A stretch of DNA of 64,000 bases. It comes from Clostridia bacterium (GTDB lineage: Bacteria > Bacillota > Clostridia > Oscillospirales > Butyricicoccaceae). The translations under genes were made by a program, and so were the position numbers. Below the pieces are notes generated by a model. It worked only from the letters and a program-made list of their open reading frames with translations. It ran no database searches and was not told the origin of the DNA. The stretch spans positions 138-64,137 of the forward strand of contig JAWXUO010000003.1 in NCBI GenBank assembly GCA_044426355.1. Direction: 5' to 3'. Positions within the stretch are counted from its first letter, which is position 1, and every line of letters starts with the position of its first letter. Below are positions 43,986-52,757 of the stretch, in pieces.

Positions 43986-44156
43986 CTAGCCTTCTGAGAT
44001 AGCTGATACTGGACATGTTCCAGCACAAGCACCACAGTCGATGCAAGAATCTGCTGAAATTTCGTATTGTGTGCTACCTTGAGAAATTGCTCCTACTGGG
44101 CAATCTCCTTCGCAAGCACCACAGCTAATACAAGAATCAGAAATTACATATGCCAT
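43986..44156 (-). CDS. fdx: Clostridial-type 2x[4Fe-4S] ferredoxin (56 aa)
   Basis: It is below the ORF-track size cutoff. Hand translation gives MAYVISDSCISCGACEGDCPVGAISQGSTQYEISADSCIDCGACAGTCPVSAISEG, which has two CxxCxxCxxxCP motifs. Confidence 0.88.
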   Translation of the reverse strand: MAYVISDSCISCGACEGDCPVGAISQGSTQYEISADSCIDCGACAGTCPVSAISEG

Positions 44157-44321
44157 AGTTTTGCACCTCCTTAATATAAATCACTATAATTTTACCACTT
44201 TTTTCGAAAAAATACAACCTTTATTTGAAAAATAATTTAATTTTTTTATTTATTAAACCTTAAAAAACAAAGTATTAAACATTTTATTTTAGGTTAAACT
44301 TATTACAAAGGAGGTTTTTTA

Positions 44322-44435
44322 ATGAAAAATACAAATAATCATGCTTTAGACACTGAAAACTTCGCCGTTATGAGTATTTCTCACGAAAAACGACTTAACC
44401 AAACACAAAAGGAGCTTAAAAATGCAAAAAAATAA
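44322..44435 (+). CDS. Possible 37-aa leader ORF overlapping the clpC start
   Basis: It has a strong RBS (AAAGGAGGT 7 nt upstream of the ATG). The peptide is MKNTNNHALDTENFAVMSISHEKRLNQTQKELKNAKK. It overlaps the clpC ATG by 14 nt in another frame, and I recognise no homology. Confidence 0.3.
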   Translation: MKNTNNHALDTENFAVMSISHEKRLNQTQKELKNAKK

Positions 44436-46668
44436 ATTTGATGCACACGCCACTCTAGTAATAAAATATGCTGGCGAATATGCTAGTTCTTTTTGTAGCA
44501 ACTTTGTTGATATAGAACATTTTTTACTTGGTATATTAAAAGAAAACTCCAGTTTTTCTGCAAAAGTTCTTCTCGACCATGATATTACAACAGAAAAACT
44601 TACAGCTTACACAAAATTTTTATCCCCTAGAAACGAATTTTTATCCTCTGCGACTATAGATATATCGCACGATGCAAGTAAAGCTATAGAGAAATCTCTT
44701 GAACTAGCAGGACTTTTATATATCACGGTAGATAATTTATTTATGGGAATTTTAAAAGAACCCTCAGAAAAAACAAAAAAAATATTAAATATTTTCAAAG
44801 TTAGCCCTGAAATTTTAGCAAATGAAGTTACAAAAAAGACAAAAGGTTATATTACTCACAAACAAGAAAAAAAGAAAGCCCTTGAAAGCAAAATTTTAAA
44901 CCAACACGGTAAGGAACTCGTGTCTTTAGCTACAAATAGGCTTCTTGACCCTGTTGTCGGCAGAGAAAACGAAATCGACAGCCTTATCTGTATTTTATCT
45001 CGTAGACGAAAAAATAACCCTGCTATCATTGGCGAGGCAGGAGTTGGAAAAACTGCTCTTGTAGAGGGGCTTGCATACAAAATAGCCAACGGCGATGTTC
45101 CCGAAGCTTTGCTCCACAAAAAAATAGTTTCGCTAGACCTTAGCTCCATAATAGCTGGCACAAAATATCGTGGCGAGTTTGAAGATAGAGTAAAAAATAT
45201 TGCAGACGAATGCGTTAAAAATCCTGATGTAATCCTATTTATAGACGAACTGCATATAATCATCGGTGCTGGTGGTGCAGAGGGTGCTATAGATGCTGCA
45301 AATATTCTAAAACCTGCTTTATCTCGTGGACAAATTCAAATTATCGGAGCGACTACGCTTGATGAATATCGAAAAAATATAGAAAAAGATTCTGCTTTAG
45401 AACGCAGATTTCAAAAAATAATCGTACAAGAACCATCTACAGAAGAAACCACAAAAATACTAAAAGGAATAAAAAGCCACTTTGAATATTTTCATAAAGT
45501 TCGCATTAGTGACGAAGCTATAAATTCTGCTATAAACCTTAGCGTTCGCTATTTTGCAGACAGAAAATTGCCCGATAAAGCTATTGATTTGATAGACGAA
45601 GCATGTGCAAAATATAATATGAAAAAAAAGCAAAATTCCTTTTCTACAGAATTTTCCGAGAGCATTTCAATTTGTGATATTCAAGATATTGTATCAAAAT
45701 ACACTGGTATAAATTCCTTTAGTTTAGACGAAAACACTTCTAAAAGCGTAGAATTTTTAGAAAACACTTTAAAAAACACTATAATAGGTCAAGATGATGC
45801 TTGCAAAAAAATAGTTTCTGCTATAAAACGCTCCAAAATTGGAATAAATGACCCAAATCGCCCTATCGGTTCGTTTATTTTTCTAGGACCTACTGGAGTT
45901 GGCAAAACAGAAATTTGCAAATCGCTTGCCGAGGGGCTATTTCGCAATGAAAAAGCTATCATAAAAATAGATATGTCCGAATATATGGACAAAACTTCTA
46001 TCTCAAAACTCATCGGCACTTCTGCTGGATACGTTGGATATAACGACAATAATTCTATAACAGAAAAAATACGCAATAATCCTTACAGTGTGGTTTTATT
46101 TGATGAAATTGAGAAAGCACACCCTGATATTTTGAATTTATTGCTACAAATTCTCGAAGACGGTATAATAACAGACGGTTCTCATCGCAAAATCAACTTT
46201 AAAAACACTATCGTAATTATGACATCAAACGTAGGAGCTGAGCGAATAACCCACGAAAATTTAGGTTTTATATCAACTAGTGATGTAAAAATCGACGCTT
46301 TGCACGAACTAAAAAAAGTTTTTCGTCCCGAACTTATAAACAGAATAGACGAAATTGTTGTTTTTAACAAATTAAATTTTGAAAATATATGCAAAATAAC
46401 AGAAAATATGTTCGACAAACTCGCTAAAAGAGTGGAAGACTTTGGTGTTGATATAACTTTTTCTATGGCTGTAGTCGAGCATATCTCGAAAAAAGGATAT
46501 TCTAAAGTCTATGGTGCAAGACCTATCAGGCGACTTATAACCGAAACTATAGAAAATGCACTAACCGACAAGATTATAAACGGAAATATTAAAAAAGGCG
46601 ATTGCGTTTTCGTCGATTATTCAAACAAAATTGATTTTATTAATGTAAAAATGGAGGCAAAAATATGA
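44422..46668 (+). CDS. clpC: ATP-dependent Clp protease ATP-binding subunit, ClpC-like
   Basis: It has Clp_N repeats, two AAA+ modules (GEAGVGKTALVEGLA; FLGPTGVGKTEICKSLA) and a ClpP-docking-type LGF loop. Confidence 0.9.
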   Translation: MQKNKFDAHATLVIKYAGEYASSFCSNFVDIEHFLLGILKENSSFSAKVLLDHDITTEKLTAYTKFLSPRNEFLSSATIDISHDASKAIEKSLELAGLLYITVDNLFMGILKEPSEKTKKILNIFKVSPEILANEVTKKTKGYITHKQEKKKALESKILNQHGKELVSLATNRLLDPVVGRENEIDSLICILSRRRKNNPAIIGEAGVGKTALVEGLAYKIANGDVPEALLHKKIVSLDLSSIIAGTKYRGEFEDRVKNIADECVKNPDVILFIDELHIIIGAGGAEGAIDAANILKPALSRGQIQIIGATTLDEYRKNIEKDSALERRFQKIIVQEPSTEETTKILKGIKSHFEYFHKVRISDEAINSAINLSVRYFADRKLPDKAIDLIDEACAKYNMKKKQNSFSTEFSESISICDIQDIVSKYTGINSFSLDENTSKSVEFLENTLKNTIIGQDDACKKIVSAIKRSKIGINDPNRPIGSFIFLGPTGVGKTEICKSLAEGLFRNEKAIIKIDMSEYMDKTSISKLIGTSAGYVGYNDNNSITEKIRNNPYSVVLFDEIEKAHPDILNLLLQILEDGIITDGSHRKINFKNTIVIMTSNVGAERITHENLGFISTSDVKIDALHELKKVFRPELINRIDEIVVFNKLNFENICKITENMFDKLAKRVEDFGVDITFSMAVVEHISKKGYSKVYGARPIRRLITETIENALTDKIINGNIKKGDCVFVDYSNKIDFINVKMEAKI

Positions 46669-46853
46669 AACCAGAAAAAAATTGTAAATTACCAGAATTT
46701 TTCGACCACACATTTGGCGAAAAAGAAAATTTAGATGCAGAATTTGCAACAAATTCGCTTATCATGGACGAAGAATATCTAAAAGACAAAGAAGTTTTAG
46801 CCGAAATTCAAGTTATGGAAGCAAAAATAGACGTTGATAACAACCATAAATAA
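46665..46853 (+). CDS. Hypothetical acidic 62-aa protein, start overlapping the clpC stop (ATGA)
   Basis: This is the ORF-track entry. Its 4-nt overlap with clpC suggests translational coupling. I recognise no homology. Confidence 0.4.
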   Translation: MKPEKNCKLPEFFDHTFGEKENLDAEFATNSLIMDEEYLKDKEVLAEIQVMEAKIDVDNNHK

Positions 46854-46856
46854 GAA

Positions 46857-46890
46857 AAAAGCTGTAGATTGTAATAAATCTACAGCTTTT
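46857..46890. terminator. Bidirectional terminator between the convergent clpC unit and rpsR
   Basis: The sequence is AAAAGCTGTAGATT-6 nt-AATCTACAGCTTTT, with A/T runs on both sides. Confidence 0.8.
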
Positions 46891-46893
46891 ATA

Positions 46894-47145
46894 TTAGTCT
46901 GTTGTGTATGGGATAAGAGCAATGTGTCTAGCACGTTTGATAGCTTCTGTTAAGCTACGTTGGTGTTTAGCACATGTTCCTGTCATACGACGAGGTAAAA
47001 TTTTACCACGTTCAGATACATATCTTCTTAATTTTTGAGCGTCTTTATAGTCGATTTCTTTTGCTTTTTCTACGCAAAATGCACAAACTTTACGACGTTT
47101 ACGATTATTAAAGCGAGGTCTTTCGCTTCTTTCATTTTTATCCAC
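46894..47145 (-). CDS. rpsR: 30S ribosomal protein S18
   Basis: The sequence ...[50 protein letters not shown] matches S18. Confidence 0.97.
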   Translation of the reverse strand: MDKNERSERPRFNNRKRRKVCAFCVEKAKEIDYKDAQKLRRYVSERGKILPRRMTGTCAKHQRSLTEAIKRARHIALIPYTTD

Positions 47146-47167
47146 TTACTATTCCTCCTTAATTATT

Positions 47168-47608
47168 TTAGAAAGGTAGGTCGCCATCTTCATCTGCTAT
47201 TTCTGAAAAATCAGAATCATCAAAGTCGAAACTTGCAGGTTCAGTTTGTCTTCCACCTGCCGACTGAGTTGTAGAATTTTGCGAACTACGTTTTGGTTCT
47301 GCAAAGTGAACTTCTTCAGCATTTACTTCCACAGTTACTCTTTTATTTCCGTTTTTATCTTCCCAACTTCTAGATTGAAGTCTTCCGGTTACTGCAACTA
47401 ATTGACCTTTTACAAAGTATTTAGATACAAATTCTGCAGTTTTTCCCCAAGATACAATATCAATAAAATCTGCTTGTGCTTGACCACCTTGTGGTACATA
47501 ATCACGGTTTACAGCAAGTGAAAAACCACATACTGCTGTATTAGATGCTGTGTGACGAAGTTCTGGGTCACGTGTTAAACGGCCCATTAAAATTACTTTA
47601 TTAAGCAT
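47168..47608 (-). CDS. ssb: Single-stranded DNA-binding protein
   Basis: It has an OB fold (MLNKVILMGRLTRDPELR) and the acidic tail DGDLPF. Confidence 0.97.
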   Translation of the reverse strand: MLNKVILMGRLTRDPELRHTASNTAVCGFSLAVNRDYVPQGGQAQADFIDIVSWGKTAEFVSKYFVKGQLVAVTGRLQSRSWEDKNGNKRVTVEVNAEEVHFAEPKRSSQNSTTQSAGGRQTEPASFDFDDSDFSEIADEDGDLPF

Positions 47609-47627
47609 TCGAGTTCCTCCGTCTAGC

Positions 47628-47918
47628 TTATTTTGCGATTATGATTGAACGCATTAAACCTTCTGTGATTTTATACACACGGTCAAGCTCTGCTGGAAAA
47701 TCAGTTTTCGAACTGAAATCTACAAGTACATAATGCCCGTCGTTTAAGTCATTGATTGGGTATGCAAGTCTTCTTTTGCCCCATTCAGTTACTGTTACGT
47801 CTGTAGCATTAGCCTCGATTAGCGATGTGAATTTTTCTACTGTTGATTTAACTTGGTCTTCGCCTATAGATAAATCTACGATAAAGATAGTTTCGTAAGT
47901 TCCGTTAATTTTAGCCAT
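47628..47918 (-). CDS. rpsF: 30S ribosomal protein S6
   Basis: 96 aa (YETIFIVDLS...WGKRRLAYPI). Confidence 0.95.
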   Translation of the reverse strand: MAKINGTYETIFIVDLSIGEDQVKSTVEKFTSLIEANATDVTVTEWGKRRLAYPINDLNDGHYVLVDFSSKTDFPAELDRVYKITEGLMRSIIIAK

Positions 47919-48008
47919 TTTTACACCTCCTTCTGGACTATATGGTCCTCACCTTTGTGAGAACAAGGATAACATTAATATTATATCTTATTTTACATTT
48001 AATGTCAA
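47919..48008 (-). promoter_or_regulatory. Consensus sigmaA promoter plus structured rpsF leader
   Basis: The minus strand reads TTGACA-17 nt-TATAAT (48008-47980). A leader hairpin (UUCUCAC-AAAG-GUGAGGA) lies before the RBS. Confidence 0.6.
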
Positions 48009-48011
48009 GCA

Positions 48012-48494
48012 TTATTTATGGTATTTTGTGTTAGAATTAATATTTAAAGCTCTGTATATTTGCTCAATTAGCATAAGTCTTGCAAGCATATGTGGAAAAG
48101 TCATTTTCGACATCGAAAGTTTAAGGTCTGCTTTGTTTTTAATTTTTTCGGATATACCATGTGAGCCACCTATAATGAAAGTTATCTTCGATATTCCGTT
48201 TAGTGTTATACCCTCAAATTTCTTAGCTAAATCCTCGCTTGATAGGTGTACACCCTCGATGCACATCGGAATAATATACTCCCTATCTCCAATTTTTTTA
48301 AGAATATTATTTCCTTCTTCATCAATGCATTGCAAAATTTGGCTTTCGCTAGGATTTTCGCAAATTTTATACTCTAAAACTTCGATAACCTCGATTTTAC
48401 ACATAGTTTTCATTCTTTTTTCGTATTCTTTTATTCCGTCTATTAAATATTTCTCTTTTATTTTACCAACACAGACAATTTTTATATTAAGCAT
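48012..48494 (-). CDS. rlmH: 23S rRNA (pseudouridine1915-N3)-methyltransferase RlmH
   Basis: 160 aa SPOUT protein (MLNIKIVCVGKIKEKYLIDGIKEYEKRM...GGSHGIS). Confidence 0.93.
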   Translation of the reverse strand: MLNIKIVCVGKIKEKYLIDGIKEYEKRMKTMCKIEVIEVLEYKICENPSESQILQCIDEEGNNILKKIGDREYIIPMCIEGVHLSSEDLAKKFEGITLNGISKITFIIGGSHGISEKIKNKADLKLSMSKMTFPHMLARLMLIEQIYRALNINSNTKYHK

Positions 48495-49296
48495 ATTCTT
48501 CTATTCCGTTTTTTAAATTAATAATTGGATATTCATTTTTAACTGGTGCTATATGTATATTTCGTCCTATACTCGCATCTAAATCAAACAATTTTATACT
48601 TTTATCAATCTCGCTGTATACATTTTCTGGAGTGTTATTATTTTCACTTATATGTGCTAAAATTATTTGAGAAACCCCACTTTCAATAAGGTCTACAACG
48701 CAAACGCTCGCATCTACATTCGATAAATGTCCCTGTGTAGACTCAATTCTTTTTATAACACTCAAAGGATATTCGCTATGTTTTAGCATTTCTACATCAT
48801 AATTTGCCTCTAAAACTACCATATCAGCAGTTTTAATTTTTTCCATAATATTTTTTGGCATAAAACCTAAGTCTGTAGCATATCCAAAAGCGAAATCTTC
48901 TCCTTTTATAAAAAATCCGACGCTATCTGCACTATCGTGTGGAGTTTTAAAAGTTTCTACAAAAATTCCGTCTATGCTAAATTTTTCGTCAGCTATAAAA
49001 AATTTGATATTTTTTAAAAGTTTATCTTTTTCTTTTATGTTATCAAACGATTTTTTCGTCATATAAATCGGTATTTGCGTATTTTTGCAAAGCATAGCAA
49101 GGCCCTTTACGTGGTCTACATGCTCATGTGTAATAAGAACAAAATCAATTTCTTGTATGCCTATTTTATGTTTTAAGAGTGATTCTTTTAAATATTTTAG
49201 CGAAACACCCATATCTATTAATATTTTTTTATCTTTTGTTATTAATAAACCCGAATTCCCCTTTGACCCACTGGCTATGCTATAATATTTTGCCAT
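48487..49296 (-). CDS. MBL-fold metallo-hydrolase (YycJ/WalJ-like)
   Basis: It carries the HxHxDH motif (ITHEHVDHVKG). It lies next to rlmH, downstream of the walRK cluster. Confidence 0.85.
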   Translation of the reverse strand: MAKYYSIASGSKGNSGLLITKDKKILIDMGVSLKYLKESLLKHKIGIQEIDFVLITHEHVDHVKGLAMLCKNTQIPIYMTKKSFDNIKEKDKLLKNIKFFIADEKFSIDGIFVETFKTPHDSADSVGFFIKGEDFAFGYATDLGFMPKNIMEKIKTADMVVLEANYDVEMLKHSEYPLSVIKRIESTQGHLSNVDASVCVVDLIESGVSQIILAHISENNNTPENVYSEIDKSIKLFDLDASIGRNIHIAPVKNEYPIINLKNGIEEYA

Positions 49297-49351
49297 ATTT
49301 TCCTCTTTCTAAAGCAAAACAAAGACAAAGCTAAGCTTTGCCTTTTATTAT

Positions 49352-50641
49352 TTATGCTTGTTTGTATTGTTCTTCGTAGTCTTCTACTACAACACGTTTT
49401 ATATCTGCACCAAGGCTTGTAAATTTTTCTACAATTTCTTCGTAGCCACGTTCGATATTCGTTACTTCTTCTACTTCTGTAGTGCCAGTAGCCACAAGAC
49501 CTGCTATAACCATAGCTGCTCCTGCTCTTAAATCATACGCACGCACAGGTGCACCAGATAACTCTTTTACGCCTTCTATAACTGCAAGTTTACCGTCTAC
49601 AGTAATTTTTGCACCCATTCTATTTAGTTCTGCGATATATCTATAACGGTTGTCCCAAACGCTTTCTGTTACTACAGAAGTTCCATTTGCAATACATAAA
49701 GCAGTTGCCATTTGTGGTTGCATATCTGTTGGAAATCCAGGATAAGGTAATGTTTTTACGTTTGTTTTTCCTAAAGTTTCTTTTCTAGTAATTAAAATAG
49801 AATCATCAAATTCTTCTACAGTAACTTTCATTTCGCTAAGTTTTGCAGTAATACATTCTAAATGTTTTGGAATAACATTTTTGATTAAAACTTCGCCACC
49901 ACAAGCTGCAACAGCTGCCATATATGTTCCTGCTTCTATTTGGTCAGGAATAATTGCATATGTTCCACCTTGCAAATCTTTTACACCACGAACTTTTATA
50001 ACATCAGTACCTGCACCTTTTATATCTGCACCTACAGAATTTAAAAAGTTTGCAACGTCTACTATATGTGGTTCTTTCGCAGCATTTTCTATAATAGTTA
50101 AACCATCTGCATAAACTGCAGCAAATATTGTATTTATTGTAGCTCCAACCGATACAACGTCTAGGTATATCGTGCTTCCTTTAAGTCCATCTTTTGCATC
50201 TACATGAATAAGTCCGTTTTTAACTTCTACAGTTGCACCTAGTGCTTCAAAACCTTTTATGTGTTGGTCAATAGGTCTTACGCCAAAATTACACCCACCA
50301 GGCATAGAAACAGCAACTTTTTTCTTTTTGCCCAAAAGCGTTCCTATAAGGTAATACGATGAACGTATTTTTCTCATCAACTCATATGGAGGGTTTGTTA
50401 TATTTATATTTCTAGTATCTATTTCTACAGTACCCGAATCTAAAAGCTTTACAGATGCTCCTAGTTCTTTTAAAATATTTAGTTGCATTGTAACATCTAT
50501 AATTTTCGGCACATTTTCTATAATACAAACTCCATTTACTAAAATTGTAGCTGGAATAATTGCGACTGCTGCATTTTTTGCACCACTTATATTAACTTCT
50601 CCATTTAGAGGCTTGCCACCATTTATAACATATTTAACCAA
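49352..50641 (-). CDS. murA: UDP-N-acetylglucosamine 1-carboxyvinyltransferase
   Basis: TTG start. It carries ISGAKNAAVAI and the active-site region PGGCNFGVRPIDQHIKG. Confidence 0.95.
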   Translation of the reverse strand: MVKYVINGGKPLNGEVNISGAKNAAVAIIPATILVNGVCIIENVPKIIDVTMQLNILKELGASVKLLDSGTVEIDTRNINITNPPYELMRKIRSSYYLIGTLLGKKKKVAVSMPGGCNFGVRPIDQHIKGFEALGATVEVKNGLIHVDAKDGLKGSTIYLDVVSVGATINTIFAAVYADGLTIIENAAKEPHIVDVANFLNSVGADIKGAGTDVIKVRGVKDLQGGTYAIIPDQIEAGTYMAAVAACGGEVLIKNVIPKHLECITAKLSEMKVTVEEFDDSILITRKETLGKTNVKTLPYPGFPTDMQPQMATALCIANGTSVVTESVWDNRYRYIAELNRMGAKITVDGKLAVIEGVKELSGAPVRAYDLRAGAAMVIAGLVATGTTEVEEVTNIERGYEEIVEKFTSLGADIKRVVVEDYEEQYKQA

Positions 50642-50686
50642 GGTATTTTTCTCCTTTTGGGTCTATTTTTCACATTATCATTTCAT

Positions 50687-50715
50687 AGTATAACATATAT
50701 TTCTTATAAAATCAA
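50687..50715 (-). promoter_or_regulatory. SigmaA-type promoter for murA
   Basis: The minus strand reads TTGATT-17 nt-TATACT. Confidence 0.5.
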
Positions 50716-50777
50716 TTGCTTTTTAGTATTTTTTTATTATTCTTCACAGAATGAACACAAATAATCCTTTTTTCTTG

Positions 50778-51533
50778 TTAAATACTAGATGTAACGCTTT
50801 CAAAAATATTATAAAAATACTCTTTTCCATCTATTTCAGCTTTAAAAACAGGCAGTATTTGCATATTGGTTTCAGAAAAAAGCATATAATCTAAACTTAC
50901 ACTATTTACTTGTCCTGTAATTTTATAAAAATCGCTTAGTTCTACAATAGCCGAAAATATACTAAATGCATTTTGCACACGTATTTGCTGTGGTTGTTCA
51001 AAAACATAATTTCCCGCTATCGTTGTTGTACTATTATTTAATATAACCTCAAAAAAACAATTAGATACTATATTTTCATTAATTTTTAAAGTATATCTTA
51101 TAAGGTTAGATTTTTCTTCTACATGTGCTGTTGATAAATCAAAATTCGCTTGTAATAATATATTTTCTACACTTTCTTTTGTGTGTTCTTCTATTAAATT
51201 AATTGCAAAACTGCCATCTGTATCTATTTTTGCTGTACCATTATCTGCTATAAATAAATTATTTTCGCTAGAAGAAATTCCCTCAAGCACATTTTCGATA
51301 TTTACCTTTGATATAGTAGAATACACATAGCCTATATTTGTAGGTATTTCTGTTTCTAAAATTTGTTGGTCTACAAAAACACCTTTATTGTTTAGGTATA
51401 TAATATTATTTTCTATCATTTGTTGATAAATTTTATCATCTTCAAGCTTTGTTACAGAGTAATTAAAAAGTAATATAACATTTGTAAAAGCAAGCAAAAC
51501 TAATAAAATTTCTCGCATTTTTTTATAATTCAT
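50778..51533 (-). CDS. YycI-like regulatory protein of the WalRK system
   Basis: 251 aa with a single N-terminal TM segment. The assignment rests on its position after walK and the yycH-like gene. Confidence 0.55.
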   Translation of the reverse strand: MNYKKMREILLVLLAFTNVILLFNYSVTKLEDDKIYQQMIENNIIYLNNKGVFVDQQILETEIPTNIGYVYSTISKVNIENVLEGISSSENNLFIADNGTAKIDTDGSFAINLIEEHTKESVENILLQANFDLSTAHVEEKSNLIRYTLKINENIVSNCFFEVILNNSTTTIAGNYVFEQPQQIRVQNAFSIFSAIVELSDFYKITGQVNSVSLDYMLFSETNMQILPVFKAEIDGKEYFYNIFESVTSSI

Positions 51534-51536
51534 ATT

Positions 51537-52756
51537 TTACTCCTCGTCAAAATAATAGTTTCTCTGTGGATTTCCGTCTAAATCATATGTTACAATCTGT
51601 TTGTATTCCGTTTTTAACAAATCTATATTAGCAACAGATACTTTTTCTTCTCCATCTTCGAAAACTACATTTTTAATTTCGCAGTAAGATAATCCATTTG
51701 TTGAAAAAACAAAAACACCTAGTGGTTCTGTAGAAAAAACTTCTACTCCGTTATATTTTCCTGATAAAACAACAATTGTTTGAGATTCCTCATAAATTAT
51801 TTCTATTGGGTGTGCTTCTATTTTAGAATTATATTTTCGTACACGCTGTTAAATATATTCATAGAAACTTCTATCATCTGAGAGGTATATAGTGCTTGCG
51901 ACTGGTTGTATATATTCCCTCGTGGTTCTTTGCTTTCAAATTGTATATAGTCATTTCTTATAGAAAGCGTGCTATATTCGTTTACATAAATTTTTTCTTT
52001 GTAGGTTACTTCATATCCCGTTGCAACAGCTGTATTATATAAAAAAGTAACTGCTATATTTTTTTCTGCAATATCATCTATCGTAGCTTCTTTTACATTT
52101 GCGATAGGAAGTGTTAACATATTTTTATCTAAAATATTTATTATACCGTTTACTTCTAAATGCATTTCATTATCCATAGTGAAAATTTCTGTTTCTCCAG
52201 TATATTTCATAGAAATGCTTTTTAAAGTTATTTTATAATATTCGCTTTTGCTTTTAATATATAAATCTGTATCTCCTTCGTTTTCTACTATAATCATATC
52301 AGATACGAAAACATCAGACTCTATATTCATTATTGCAGACAACGGACACAAAAATTCTATGTAAATATATTCTTCATATGACAACGCATTATAAAAATCT
52401 TCGAATTTTATTTCTAAAAGGTCAATATCTTTAATATTATCTACATCGTGAAATATATTTTTATAAACTAGGCTATTATTTTCTTCGTTATACATTGTAG
52501 AAAAAGTATCTTCTAGTGTTTTTATAGCAATTTTTGTAGGTGTTACAAGTTTTTGTGCATATCCATCGTATTCATCTTTGTCAGTTGCTGTTAAAAAACT
52601 ATTTACAAGCTTAAATGCAATAAAATCTTCTGGCATGCTTTCTATATTTAAACCTTTTGTCCAGTTTAACATCATTAAAGCTATCATAGAAATTACCAAA
52701 AACAGCATTAACAGATTTAGAAAAACTTCTTTTATTATAGTGAAAAATTTAACCAT
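51537..52756 (-). pseudogene. YycH-like gene split by a frameshift (frames 51818-52756 and 51537-51848)
   Basis: The 312-aa ORF ends at 51818. A 103-codon open frame with no usable start codon continues from 51848 to the stop at 51537. The two frames overlap by 31 nt that include an A4 run, and adding one A joins them into a product of ~405 aa. Confidence 0.5.
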
Positions 52757-52757
52757 A

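Noticed and set aside
48028-48516. 162-aa + strand ORF
   Set aside because: It is fully antisense to rlmH, which is clearly genuine. Its sequence is low-complexity and hydrophobic.
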